Assembly (NCBI GenBank): GCA_028534125.1 | Contig: CM052818.1 | Location: 5,210,001-5,274,000, forward strand | Source of the DNA: Lama glama | Taxonomy: Eukaryota | Direction: 5' to 3' | Length of the DNA stretch: 64,000 bases | Shown here: positions 26,515-37,978 of the stretch, one piece after another | Position numbering within the stretch: the first letter of the stretch is position 1 | Layout: every line of letters begins with the position of its first letter | Translations under genes and position numbers: made by a program | The notes under the pieces: generated by a model | Told to the model about the DNA's origin: nothing | Seen by the model: only the letters and a program-made list of their open reading frames with translations | The model's database searches: none

Positions 26515-26679
26515 ATACACAATGGAATATTACTCAGCCACAAAAGAATGAAATAATGCCATTTGTAGCCACATAGATGGACCTAGACTTAAGTGAAGTA
26601 ACCAGACAGAGAAAGACAAAAATCATATGATATTGCTTATATGTAGAATCTTAAAAAAAAATACAAATTCTATATACAA
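26375..26679 (-). mobile_element. 5'-inverted L1 with internal (CA)n
   Basis: Antisense 3' end at about 26390-26462 joined to a sense ORF2-end/3'UTR piece (CAATGGAATATTACTCAGCC...); flanked by AGCATTGT at 26367-26374 and 26680-26687. Confidence 0.8.
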
Positions 26680-26924
26680 AGCATTGTTTGTCTTTTTTTT
26701 TTTTTTGAGGGGGAAAAGTCTCTGTCCAGGGATAGCAATAAAGGTGAGAATTTATTTAACATCAACCAGCAAATTATCTCACGTCTTTCCAATTTTAGAA
26801 TGTTCTTTTTCCTTTCCATCCAAATGTGATTAATCCTCCAGATCAGGCTCTACTTCTGATTACTCAATATCTCTTTTTTTTTTAACCTGCACCCATATGT
26901 GTGTCCTCTCTGAACCACTACCAT

Positions 26925-27140
26925 TACTGCTATATTAATGCTGACACTCTTCACACACCAGGCACTGTCCTAAGCACATTGTATGCATATTAATTTACTT
27001 TATCATCCCCAAACTCTGACATAGATAATACTATTACAGTCTTGAGGGCACTGAGGTACTGAGATGTTGAGTAACTTTTCCAAGTTCATACAATTTGAAA
27101 GTGTTAGAGGCAGGATTCGGACCTGAGCTATTTGGCCTCA
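26925..27140 (-). mobile_element. MIR
   Basis: CCAGGCACTGTCCTAAGCAC...ACTGAGG...GTAACTTTTCCAAG...GGATTCGGACCT. Confidence 0.8.
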
Positions 27141-27307
27141 TTATACATTGATCAAGTATCTGTTCTATTTTGTGAATGAGCAGGTGTGTATGTGTATGTG
27201 TTTGTGTGTTGTTTTGTTGTGTTATTTAGTGACTTTCCAAATGGCTTACAATCCCTTGGATGGCAGTGTCAAGATCTTATACTGATTTGAATTCTTCTTG
27301 GAATTCA

Positions 27308-27770
27308 GTAATAAGAGCTAATGCTTTCTAAGCACTTCCTAGGTTCCCAGCTCTGTGCTTAGTACGTGTACTGTTGATCTTTGGACAGCCAGGGGGCTGG
27401 GGGTGCCGACCCTTTGCACTGTTGACAATCCGTGTGTAACTTATACTCAGCCCTCAGTTCCTCGGTATCCAAGGTTCCTCTGCATCCGTGGATTCAACCA
27501 ACCACAGATCATACAGTCCTGTAGTATTTACTGTTGAAAAAAATCCACAAGTTAGTGGACCCCTGCAGTTCACCTGTGCCAGTCAAGCGTTGACTGTATT
27601 TCATTTCTTCAGCCAACTCCAAAGACATGGATGAGGTCATTATTGTTTTTTATTTACAAAAGGGGAATTTGAAGCTTGAGGAGATTCAATAACTTGCTTA
27701 AGGTCCACACAACAGGCAGTACAGCTAGGATTTAAACACACAGGAACACTAACCTCTGGACTGTATTCCC
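27308..27770 (-). mobile_element. MIR split by a DNA transposon
   Basis: MIR halves at 27308-27368 and 27599-27770. Confidence 0.65.
27371..27596. mobile_element. TcMar-Tigger MITE (MER8-like)
   Basis: Degenerate TIRs CTGTTGA.../...TTGACTG; TA duplication at 27369-27370 and 27597-27598; internal TGCATCCGTGGATTCAACCAACC. Confidence 0.85.
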
Positions 27771-28176
27771 TCACGTGCAGTTGCTTATCTGAGTAAGCGT
27801 AATACACAGAGGACTTGCTGGTTGACTGTGGTCATGCCTGAGACTGCAGAGGTGGAAACTCACTCTCCTCCTGGTGCAGTCCTCTTGCTGGCCATGTCCC
27901 GTTTCCCGGCTGCTTTCATCCGATGGGGAACCTCTGAGCAGGGCTACCATCCAGTGCTAGGTTCAAAATGGTATCAGGAGCTCGATTATCTGGACAAGTC
28001 AGAGCTCAGAAGTGTTCAGGCATGTGGTGAGTTTGACTTAAACAGTTTGAAGATTGAAAAATAAAGGAGGGAAAATTTCAATTTCGGCATGTCAGAGCCA
28101 AAAAGGTAAAGGAAACTGGCTTTGGGGAGTCATTTGAATAATGGTACAGTTCAAATAAAGTATGCTCAGAGTTTAC

Positions 28177-28592
28177 ACTGTATATATATATATATATATA
28201 TGCATGTCTTCTTTATCCAATCACCTGTGGATAGACATTTAGTTTGCTTCCATATCTTGGCTGTTGTAAATAGAGCTGCTATAAACATTGGGTGCATGTG
28301 TCATTTTTTAATGAGCATTTTCTCCAGATATCTGCCCAGGAGTGGGATTGCTGGATCACAGGGTAACTCTATTTTTAGTTTTTTGAGGACTCTCCATACT
28401 GTTTTCCATTGTCGCTGCACCAAATTACATTCCCACCAAAAGTGTAGGAGGGTTCCCTTTTCTCCACATCCTCTTCAGCATTTATCATTTGTAGACTTTC
28501 TAATGATGGCCATTCTGCCTGGTGTGAGGCGATACCTCACTGTAGTTTTGATTTGCATTTCTCTGATTATTAGCGATACTGAGCATCTTTTC
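28177..28592 (-). mobile_element. Internal L1 ORF2 C-terminal fragment
   Basis: Antisense encodes the zinc-knuckle region ([21 protein letters not shown]); no 3'UTR or poly(A); (TA)n at left end. Confidence 0.9.
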
Positions 28593-29676
28593 AGTGAGGA
28601 AATCCCTTGAGCTATTATTATTTTTTGTAACATGTTAAATTATACAGTAGCCAAAAATAAATCCCTCCCAGCTGATCTCCTTCTTTAGGTTGGGACCACA
28701 TTGTCATCCTCTTTCAACAGAAACCCTAGGAATGGTAACAGCAGGAATGATGGAAACTTTGCCTTGCAAGTCCCCTCTCAAAGCCTTTATATCCCACTGG
28801 GTGGTGTGCCTAGAGCCCAGTCCAGACACTTGACCTGACTCGGGTCTATCAAGGGACGATGGAGGAGAGTGGAGAAAGAAGTGCTCCTGCTTTCCTGCTG
28901 AGGAAGTCTGGGATTTGATTGATTGGTTCCTGCCACTCACGGCCCCACTCTCAGGGCAGGGCACACCCCACCCTCAGGGTAGCACAAGAAGTTTGATCAG
29001 CCCTCAACTGGAGGACCAGGTCGACTTTGCAGACACTCTTCTAGCAGAAAATCATTTGTCAGGATGAAGTGCCTGATGATCCCATGGATGCTGTAGCTAC
29101 AGGATCTGAATAGTCCTCCTCCCAACCACCACCACCCGAATGAAATGGAATACTGAAACCTAGGACAAGAACAGACCCTGGAAAAGGAAAAGGGGCGGGG
29201 GGAGAGGGAGGGAAGGAGCGTTAGGAGGAGCCAAAGAGCCAGGCGATGGCTGGAGAGCAGGGAAGGTCCAAAGAAAAGGGAATTGTTCTTTCCTGATCTC
29301 CACAATATGGGCTACCTAGGCTTCCTGGAAAACTTAGATTATAGAACCCACCCACATACACAGAGGAGCAGAAGGGGCCAGTGGAATGGATCTATTTTCA
29401 TTCCTTCATCTCTGTGCTGCTTCCTGTAGATTCCATGGCTCAGAAGATAGGAGAAAAGGAAGGGAAGGGAAGGGAAAGGAAGGGAAAAAGAAAAAAGGAA
29501 AGAAAAAAGAAGAAAAATTTGACCCTGGAGTTTACTCTGCACAAAGATAAAATTCATTTTTACTTTCCCTTCCATTTAAAAAGATTATTCAACATTTGTT
29601 CTAAGATATTCGAAGTCTTTAAAGAAAAAGTGTAATTCCAAAGCTTCCCTTGATTATTCATGTTACTGAAGGTGAG

Positions 29677-29849
29677 ATTTTGAGCCAAGACTGCTCTTTT
29701 ATTTAGGAAAGCATGTTGATAGCCCCATTGGTTAGGAAGGATTGTCCATGAACAAGAATTGGAGAATCCTCTCTGAAGAGTCCACAAGACAGAGGGAGGG
29801 ACTCTTTGGTCTTGAAGAAGTGTGACAAGATGGAAAAGACATGCGAGCA
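29677..29849. repeat. Direct duplication, copy 1 (173 bp)
   Basis: Aligns without gaps to 31382-31554, about 33 mismatches (about 81%) by manual count. Confidence 0.95.
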
Positions 29850-30419
29850 CACTCACCCTTGCGATGCGTCAGCCAGCTGGTTCCTAAGAGGAATGGCCAG
29901 CCAGGGAAGAGTGGATTAACTTCAGGACTAGAGGTGTCTGCTGTTGTCCCATGTGCCACAAAATAAACTCTGTTCATTATCCTCATCCCTGTACTGAAAA
30001 TGTCTTTCTTACAATGGACCGTGTTAGTGACACTTCAGGGAACTGAGTGGGTATGAAGTGCTCACTATTGGGATTGGACAGGAGAGAGAATTTTGACTCT
30101 TATATGATATGTGTCACACCTGCTTTGAGGTTAGAAGGTGCCAACAGCATCACTTTGAGGGAAAGCGTAGTCCTGAATTTCCAGTGAGGTTGGGATATCC
30201 AGCAGTCAGATTCTCTGAAACCCAAGGGAATCTGGCAGGGATCGTTGGGAGACACTGAGAACAGAGCAGCAGGACCTGTGTGAACTGCTTCTATGGGGAG
30301 ATGCAAGAGAAACTCCTCTTTCTCTAAACAGAAAGGCAGATGGAATGACAGAATCGGGGAGCAGTAGGCTCGATCCTGCTAATATGTGGCTTCGGACAAA
30401 GCAGATGGCAGATAATTGA

Positions 30420-31320
30420 GTTATAATTCATCCAATAAGTGTTTATTGAGCACCTGTTACATGGCAGGCACTGTGCCAGGTGCTAGGGATATAAAATCCA
30501 ATTACACAGACAGTATCCTCCAGAAGTGTCCATCTAGAAAAGAAGACACACATGTGGGTCAGCAGTTCCCCAACAGTGAGATAAATAGGATGATGACTCG
30601 CATACTGATAATAGTTATCATTTCTCTAATGTTTACTCTGTGCTTGGCATTGGACCAAGTGCCTTTCATGTTCTACAGTGTTCACTCTTCCCAACGACTC
30701 AATGTGGAAACTCTTCGCAGACCCATCTTACAGGTGAGGAAATTGAAACTTAAGTAAATGAACTTTTTCAGTCCAAGTTACAAGGCTTACATATTTCCTA
30801 ATTAGGGTGGAAACTCATGGTCTAATCCCAGAGCTTATCCTCCTCATGGGATGTTGTGGGAGACTGGCAGACAGGCAGACGCACCTGTCAGTCCTGAAGG
30901 CTTTAAAGCAAGAGATAATATCTGATTTGATATTAAAATATGAGTAATAGCTTTATAAAAAGATGCTGGGAGGTCAGCATAGGAAAGTATGTTAAGCATG
31001 TTGCAAGCAGAGGGAGTGACACCGTGCTCTGCTGACAGCGCTTTAGTTTGGTTAGAGTAGAGGGATGAAGGTGGAGGTGGAGTGGGAGAGAAAGAGGGGA
31101 CCCATGATCCATGAACCTAGGTAAGTGGGTTCTAATCATGGAGGGCATCGTGTGCCAAATCAATGAATTCTACATATATTATCAAGACTTGAAGTCCACA
31201 GAAGCCCCCTTAAGGAGTCAAGGGATCTAATCAGATTGTGATGGCAGAGGGCACCTGGCAGCACTGATTGGGATGGGAGTGGGTGGGGAGGGAGGAGTCA
31301 GGGAGTCTAGTTAGGTAGGG
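30420..31320 (-). mobile_element. L2 and MIR fragments
   Basis: TTTATTGAGCACCTGTTACATGGCAGGCACTGTG (L2 end); CCCATCTTACAGGTGAGGAAATTGA (MIR core). Confidence 0.75.
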
Positions 31321-31381
31321 TTTGCTCTTATTGGTCGGACCCACTTTGTCACACCCAAGAAATGAGATATTGGGGTGGGGA

Positions 31382-31554
31382 ATTTTGAGCAAAGACAACT
31401 CTTTTATTTAGGAAATCATGTTGATAGTCCTGTTCACTTGGAAGGACTGTGCATGAATAGGAATTGGAGAATCCTCTCTGAAGAGCATAGGAGACATAGA
31501 ATGGGACGCTTTGGTCTTGAAAAAGCATGAAGAGATGGAAAAGAAAGGCAAGCA
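31382..31554. repeat. Direct duplication, copy 2 (173 bp)
   Basis: See 29677-29849; offset 1705 bp. Confidence 0.95.
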
Positions 31555-31827
31555 GCAGATGGCAATCTAAGAGAAAGTAAGAAGTTAGACCAAGAGGACA
31601 GTTGTTACAGAAAATGATTCACAGAGAGCCACCCCTACCCCAAGTCTGAAGAGCCTCCATGCCCTTCCTTCACCACTCCCAAGAGCAGACCACCGAGGTC
31701 CTAGGAAGTTATAACGTTGGGTATCATCCTTGAAGCAACCTGGGGACCTGGCTTGCCTCCTAGCACAGATCCTCATTGTTCCAACAAGCCCAATCTGGAT
31801 GCCAGAGAAGGAAAATGAGCATGGGCA

Positions 31828-32085
31828 GCTGTGGTGCAGAGGTTAAACACTTGTGCTCTGGGGTCACAATTCTTGCATTTGAATCCTATCTCTATTCCTT
31901 ATTCTCTCTGTGTGCCCCTGCACCATTTTTTTTTAACCTCCCTTTACTTCGGTTTTCTTATCCATAAAATAGGGTTTAAAAATAGTAACAATAATTAATA
32001 ATAACAGCACCTACTTCATAAGATGGGTGAAGATTTTATAAAATCACGAAAAGACAAAGCTATAGACTACTGGCTGGTGGATGGA
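31828..32085 (+). mobile_element. MIR
   Basis: GTGCAGAGGTTAAACAC...TTTGAATCC...CGGTTTTCTTATCCATAAAATAGGG. Confidence 0.75.
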
Positions 32086-33430
32086 AAAAGTTAGCAATTA
32101 TTTTCCAGATAACCACAGACCTGATTTCTGGGGGTTCTCTGTTTCTTGCCAAGCAGGAAAGTGGCTGTCTGAGTCTGAGTCCAAAGCCAAGGCCTTTTGG
32201 CTTGAGGAAACATTTTCCAAGAGTTCTTTAGGCTCCCTGGCTCTGTTTCAGGGGCCTCGGCCCTCTTCCTGTGGAACAGGAAGCTGTCCCTTGGCCCCCA
32301 TGCACTCAGTGTCCAGGATGTCTTCTCACTGCCGATGAATCCCAGACTCCTGGACAAACTTCACAGTCTCCTTTTTCCATGAAGCTTAACAGTCAGGCTA
32401 AATACAAGTTAATGCTGATTTTTTTTTTTAAAGGGAAGACAGATGGAAGCCTGTATTCTTGATGTGTCTTCGGCAATGAGAAATTATTTGGGCCAGAAAA
32501 TTCCCTGTTGGCTTCCTGTGGTAATAAACATAGTCAAAGAGGACCTCTAATTTGACACATTGATCCTACGTTGTGAGTTCTTAATGTACTCGATAGCTCC
32601 GGGTTTGCCCTCATCCATTCTTCAGAAAGTCCTGGATTGAATGGGTCAAGCAAAGAGATGAATTTGAAACCCTGGAAGGGGGATTTTGAGGATGTGTACA
32701 GCCATAGCATCTCCAGGTGCAGGCAAGGAATCCAGAGACCTGGAATGGAAATCCCTCGGTATGATTAAAGCCACCCATGGATATTTGGAGTCTATCAGGC
32801 CTCCTGTTTCTCTGCACCAATTACCAGTCTTCTCAAGGGCATGTCCAATCAGAAGCTATGCCAGGGACGAGCCTCATCCTTGAAGGTCCAGGTCTCCTCC
32901 AAACTGCCTTCCACTCAATATTATATCCTTGAGATCTCCCACCCTAGTATGAACCATTATTTCTCTAGAAGATTTTGATGGGGGCAACTCAGCTCTGTCC
33001 CCATTTCCCTAAGAACTGGGTTCTACAAATCATTGGAGTGATTTGTCATTTACAAATAGTGAAGCTGGAATTAACAAGAACTGACGCTTAGAGTCACTGC
33101 TTCATGGAAGCCAGCTCAGCTGAAAAGATAAACTTTGCTCTGCAGCCAAGAGTAGCTGAGTCAAAATTAGAAGCTAAGCCCACAGCCGGTGAGGTGAGCA
33201 TGCACTTGAAATGCCGCCACTTCTGTTCTCTCTCCTACATTGTGTATACTCTGGGCAGCAGAACCCATGCCCATTTGATATGGACCAAAAAATCCCCAAA
33301 AACAAAAATTCACCTGAGCTGCCAGTCTGTGGCCCCTAATCTAAACAAACTGCCTCATTTTATAAATTAGCATCAAAAGTCATGGAGCATCCCTAAAGTA
33401 TTCCAAATGATAATTAACACATTGACTTTT

Positions 33431-34094
33431 TTCTCCAGCTCTATTGAGGCATAACTGACAAATAAAAATTGTATATATTTAAGATGTATTACATGATATA
33501 CAATATACATGGACATTGTGAAATAATTACCACAATCAAGCTAATTAACACATCTGTTGCCTCACAGAGCCATCATTCTTTTTAGGGAGAACAGTTAAGA
33601 TCTACTCTCTTAGCAAATTTCAATATTAGCTATAGTCATAATGCTGTGCATTAGATCTCCAGAACTTATTTATCCTGCATACCTGAAACATGGTACCCTA
33701 TGACCCACATTCCTCTCATCCCTAAGGCCCTGGAAACCAACATTCCACTGTCTGCTTCTTTGAGTTTGATTTTTTATACTCTACATATAAGTGAGATCAT
33801 GCAGTATTTGTCTTTCTGTGTCTAGCTTATTTCACTTAGCATAATGTCTTCCAGATTCATTCGTGTAATTGCATATGATGGGATTTCCTTCTTTTTTAAG
33901 GCTGAAGAATATTCCTCTGTGTGTGTGTGTGTGTGTGTGTGTCACATTTCTTTATTCATTTATCTGTTAACAGATCCCTAGGTTATTTCTGTATCTTTGT
34001 TATTGTGAATAATGCTGCAATGAACATGGAAATGCAGCTGTCTCTTCAAGACACTGATTTTATTTCCTTTGTACATATACCCAGAAGTGTGAAG
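33431..34094 (-). mobile_element. L1MA-type 3' end, 5' truncated
   Basis: Antisense L1MA 3'UTR; perfect 13-bp TSD CACATTGACTTTT at 33418-33430 and 34095-34107, followed by AA. Confidence 0.9.
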
Positions 34095-34532
34095 CACATT
34101 GACTTTTAAAGTGATTTAAAAGCACCATATGAAATCTATGCAAGTGTACAACTTAAAAATGACTACAGCAATGTATTGTCCTTATTATTATTGGTATTGT
34201 TTTTATTATTGCTATAGTGGTTATTCTTTCAACAAATGGGCATTGAGGACCCAGGTTCTAGTGTAGAAGGACATCTCCCTACATCTTGGGAAACTCAATG
34301 GCTTAACTGGAAAGACATGACTCAGCAAATGCTCCACAGTCCACTGTGGTAGGAGTTTAATAAGAATATGAATGAATCTGTGAAAAATTCTGCACTCATA
34401 TAGGAGAGTCAGAGGGAGGATGATGTGATCTGTCCCTACAAACGTTAAGTAGATGGTCCCTAGATAGCTGAGGATATTCCAGGAAGAGAGAATAACAGAA
34501 ACAAAGATATGGAAACTGGAAAGAGGAAGGTA

Positions 34533-34997
34533 TATATTAGTTTGGGTATCCAGCTAAGCTGTCATAATAAGGAGACTGAAATATAAAGTGACTCAGACAA
34601 GATAGCAGTGTATTTATTTCTCTGTCCAGATGTAGGCGGGCAGTCTGGAGCCAGTAGATAGCTCTGCTCCATGATGTCAGCAGGGTTTCAGATTCCTTCT
34701 TTCTTTCTTTGCCATTTGCCGGCCATCACCAGCATGAGAGCCATATCCAACCCACAGGGAAGGAAGAAGAGAATTAGAATATAAGCTGATTCCTCTTTGC
34801 ATGACACTGCCTAGAAGTCATACATGTCACTTCCCCTCACATCCCATTTGCTGAACTTAGTAGCATCGAGTTACAAAGAAGCCTGGGAAATGTAGTTTAT
34901 AAGAGAGCCATGACAGCCAGCTAAAATTCAAGGGCTTTTATTATAAAAGGAGGGAGAGAAGCGTGTATAGTTGGGGACAGTTCTTAGCATCTGCTGC
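34533..34997 (-). mobile_element. MaLR LTR (MLT1J-like)
   Basis: TATTAGTTTGGG...CTCACATCCCATT...GCCTGGGAAATGTAGT...GCATCTGCTGCA. Confidence 0.75.
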
Positions 34998-37708
34998 AGT
35001 TATTTGAGGATTCTTATGTGACTCTTGCCTGAATACTGAGGATTAGTGGGAAATTAAATTTTCATGATGTCTGGTCTTAGACGATGAAAACACAGTCAAT
35101 AATCAAAGCGGAGGGAGCAGAATATGCAAAAAAAATAGAGGTGTAGACTTAAAAATGGATACAACCTATTAGTATTACTGTTAGGTCACTATTGTGTAAA
35201 CTTCTGATCCAATGGCTTCATGGAATCTAAGAAATCTTCATAGTGGGGATGAAGCAAACCAGGGTTTTGTTTTGAACAAAATTGGCATAGAGAGACTGTC
35301 AACTTTCCTCTGTTGTATTATGTCCTGTCAAAGTAATTGGTCATAAAAGAGGTCAGATCAAAATGATTTCTGTAAATTCCTGTGAAGTAAAGGGAAGCAC
35401 TGCCTCAAACAAAAAGACACAAGGGATACATTTTTTAATGTGTTTCCCAATGAGTGTCAATCATTGATAGAGAGCAAGATGTTTTGTTAATTATCATATG
35501 CAAATTCTGTGTTTTATTTCGGTCATCGGCTGGCTCAGTTTGGATGGGATAATTCTATTCTGAAGTTCGAGGAGAGAAATCCTTAAGCAGGAGGAGGTGG
35601 TAAGAAGGATGAGATGTGAAATGTGAAGTGGCTGTGCTATATAAAGTAATTTTCTGGTTTCCTGCAGCAAACATAGAACTTACACTTATGCCATATTTTA
35701 CAGTGAAGTTTAAGCTAATTATTTAAACCTAGAAAATCTAGCTTCTTCTGAAGAACCACAATTACCATCTACAAAGGCAAATCATCCCTTTGGAGGTCTC
35801 CAGATTTCTCATATTTGACAAGCTCATAACCTCTGGAGCTTCTTTAGTAATTGGGTGGCACATCCTTATGAAAAAAGACCACAGCTAGGAAAATCAGACG
35901 ATGTTGACGGTGATCACTGTGCAGGGGCATTTCTACAGTCAGAATAACAGCCCTCTTGGTGGTCAAAGACTTTCTGGACAGTGTGATGCTCAGGAATGAT
36001 GTGTGAACTTTCCTAACTCCCTCCCTCCTGTTAAGTTAGGACCTACTGGAACATTAGTTAGCAGATGACAGTTGGGAAGTACTGGTGACAGATTTTTAGC
36101 TTCGTATCCACAAGACCAGCTGCTCCATGGTGACCCCACTTTGGCAAGCTCCACTGGCAGCTGGTTAAATGTGTTGCTCTTGGCAAGTACCCACCAGCTG
36201 TTCCCACCTGTGGGCATATGCAGGGTCTGTCAGTGATGCTTGTTAGATCTGTAAATCCGAGGGATAATCCAACCTGTTACAAAGAGCCTGATGCACGGTA
36301 TATGGGTACCAAATTTAGGGAATCCCCTTTTAGTGGGTGATTATTTTACACGTGGCTTTTCAATCTCATTCTCTCCTACACTCACACCTACAGTCTTTGA
36401 TGGAAAAACTAATTAATTGGGAAGTCATTCTGCTGTGGGATAACAAGTACATAAGACATCAGAGCTCAGTCCACCGCTGAGAATATGTCGTCACTCAAAC
36501 CCATTAATTCAAGAACCCATTACTTTTACTCCCTCACTTCTCACCGTCTCCTTCTGCGTGGCAGTTTAAGCCGTATAATTTGCCATCTGAAAGACTTGCA
36601 TAGGGCACAGAGCATGAAATACTCCGAGAAGTCACCCTATTAATTAGACTCTCACATCATAGGATCATAAAATTTACAAGTGTGGAGGATCTGCAGCAGG
36701 AGGTCATTTTGCCCATCTTCCTCCTCTTTGCCTTCTGCCCAAATGGGATGATTTTGTATTGTATTTACTAGTTCTTTGTCCACTTAAGCAGGAAATAGAT
36801 TAAATATGGTGCTTTCTCAGTGGTCCGTCCAGTGTTATCACAAAAGGTCCCTAAGTAATTGACACTACTTCCCTTGAACCTGTGTGATGAATCCTCACTC
36901 AGTGGCCTTTCCTCTATAAATACAGGACCCGTCCCGGCTGACATGCTTGTATTATGGGACGGACTCTAATCGCAGCATTATACAGCCCCACATTTTTCCT
37001 CCACCAAACGCTATTTGCAGTTCTGTCCCAGATGTAACAACCTAATCAAAACAGAATTTCATAGAGCACCACACAGACGGCTGGTTTCTAGGGGACTCTG
37101 CAACAGGTATCTGTATGTTTACTGCCTTCTTTTATGGAACTTGATACAACGCAATTGGCAGAGTACACACTGAATACGGGGACTTGACTCATAAGAAACG
37201 AGTTGTAAATTACAAGGTATGGTAGCAGCCAGAATCATTGTCAAGTCCTCCTGATGCCAGGTTTCTCAACTGTAACATCACTGACGCCAAAAAAAAAAAA
37301 ATTAATGCCTCTGCTACATTATCTTTCTCAGGGACTCATACTCTCAACCGAATTGCATCCCTGACAATGAAGGCCACCATTTTTAGAGCGGAAAAGAAAA
37401 ACCTTTCATGACTGACAGAAACATGGATGCTTTCAGAGCCCTCTACCACGGAAATGGTCAAAGGACAAAGGAATTAATTAGAAATAGAGAAGTTTTGAGC
37501 TGAAAGAGTTTTCAGAAACTACAGACTTAGAAAACATGTACTTGAAACATGCTCTCTAATTAGAAAAACAAGTTACCTGAAAGTAAAACAAAACAAAACA
37601 AAACAAAAAAACCCAAAATGGAATGCCTGAATTTCAACTTTTGGCCTGTCACCCACTAGTGCTGTGAATGCATGTAAGTTTCTTGGAGCTTCTGAGCCTC
37701 ATTATCCT

Positions 37709-37978
37709 CAAAACTTACAGTTACCAGGGGGAAAATGGGCAGGAAGGGATAAATTGGGAGTTCGAGATTTTTAGATATTAACTACTATATATAAAATAAA
37801 CAATAAGTTTATACTGTATAGCACAGGGAACTTTATTCAATATCTTGGAGTAACCTATGGTGAAAAAGAATATGAAAAGGGATATAAGTATATATGTGAC
37901 TGAGACATTATGCTGTACACCAGAAATTGACACAACATTGTAAACTGACGTCAATTAAAAAAGAAAAAGAAAAAAAAA
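37709..37978 (+). mobile_element. Camelid-type L1 3' end inserted in a MIR
   Basis: GGGATAAATTGGGAGTTCGAGATT...CTGTACACCAGAAATTGACACAACATTGTAAACTGAC plus A tail; MIR sequence on both sides. Confidence 0.85.

Noticed and set aside
28122..28610. 162-aa ORF (similar ORFs at 45227-45592 and 33921-34109)
   Set aside because: Antisense translation of L1 ORF2/3'UTR
31700..31797. Beta-defensin assignment for CWNNEDLC
   Set aside because: C-x6-C spacing fits, but the remaining cysteines, including the terminal CC, are missing
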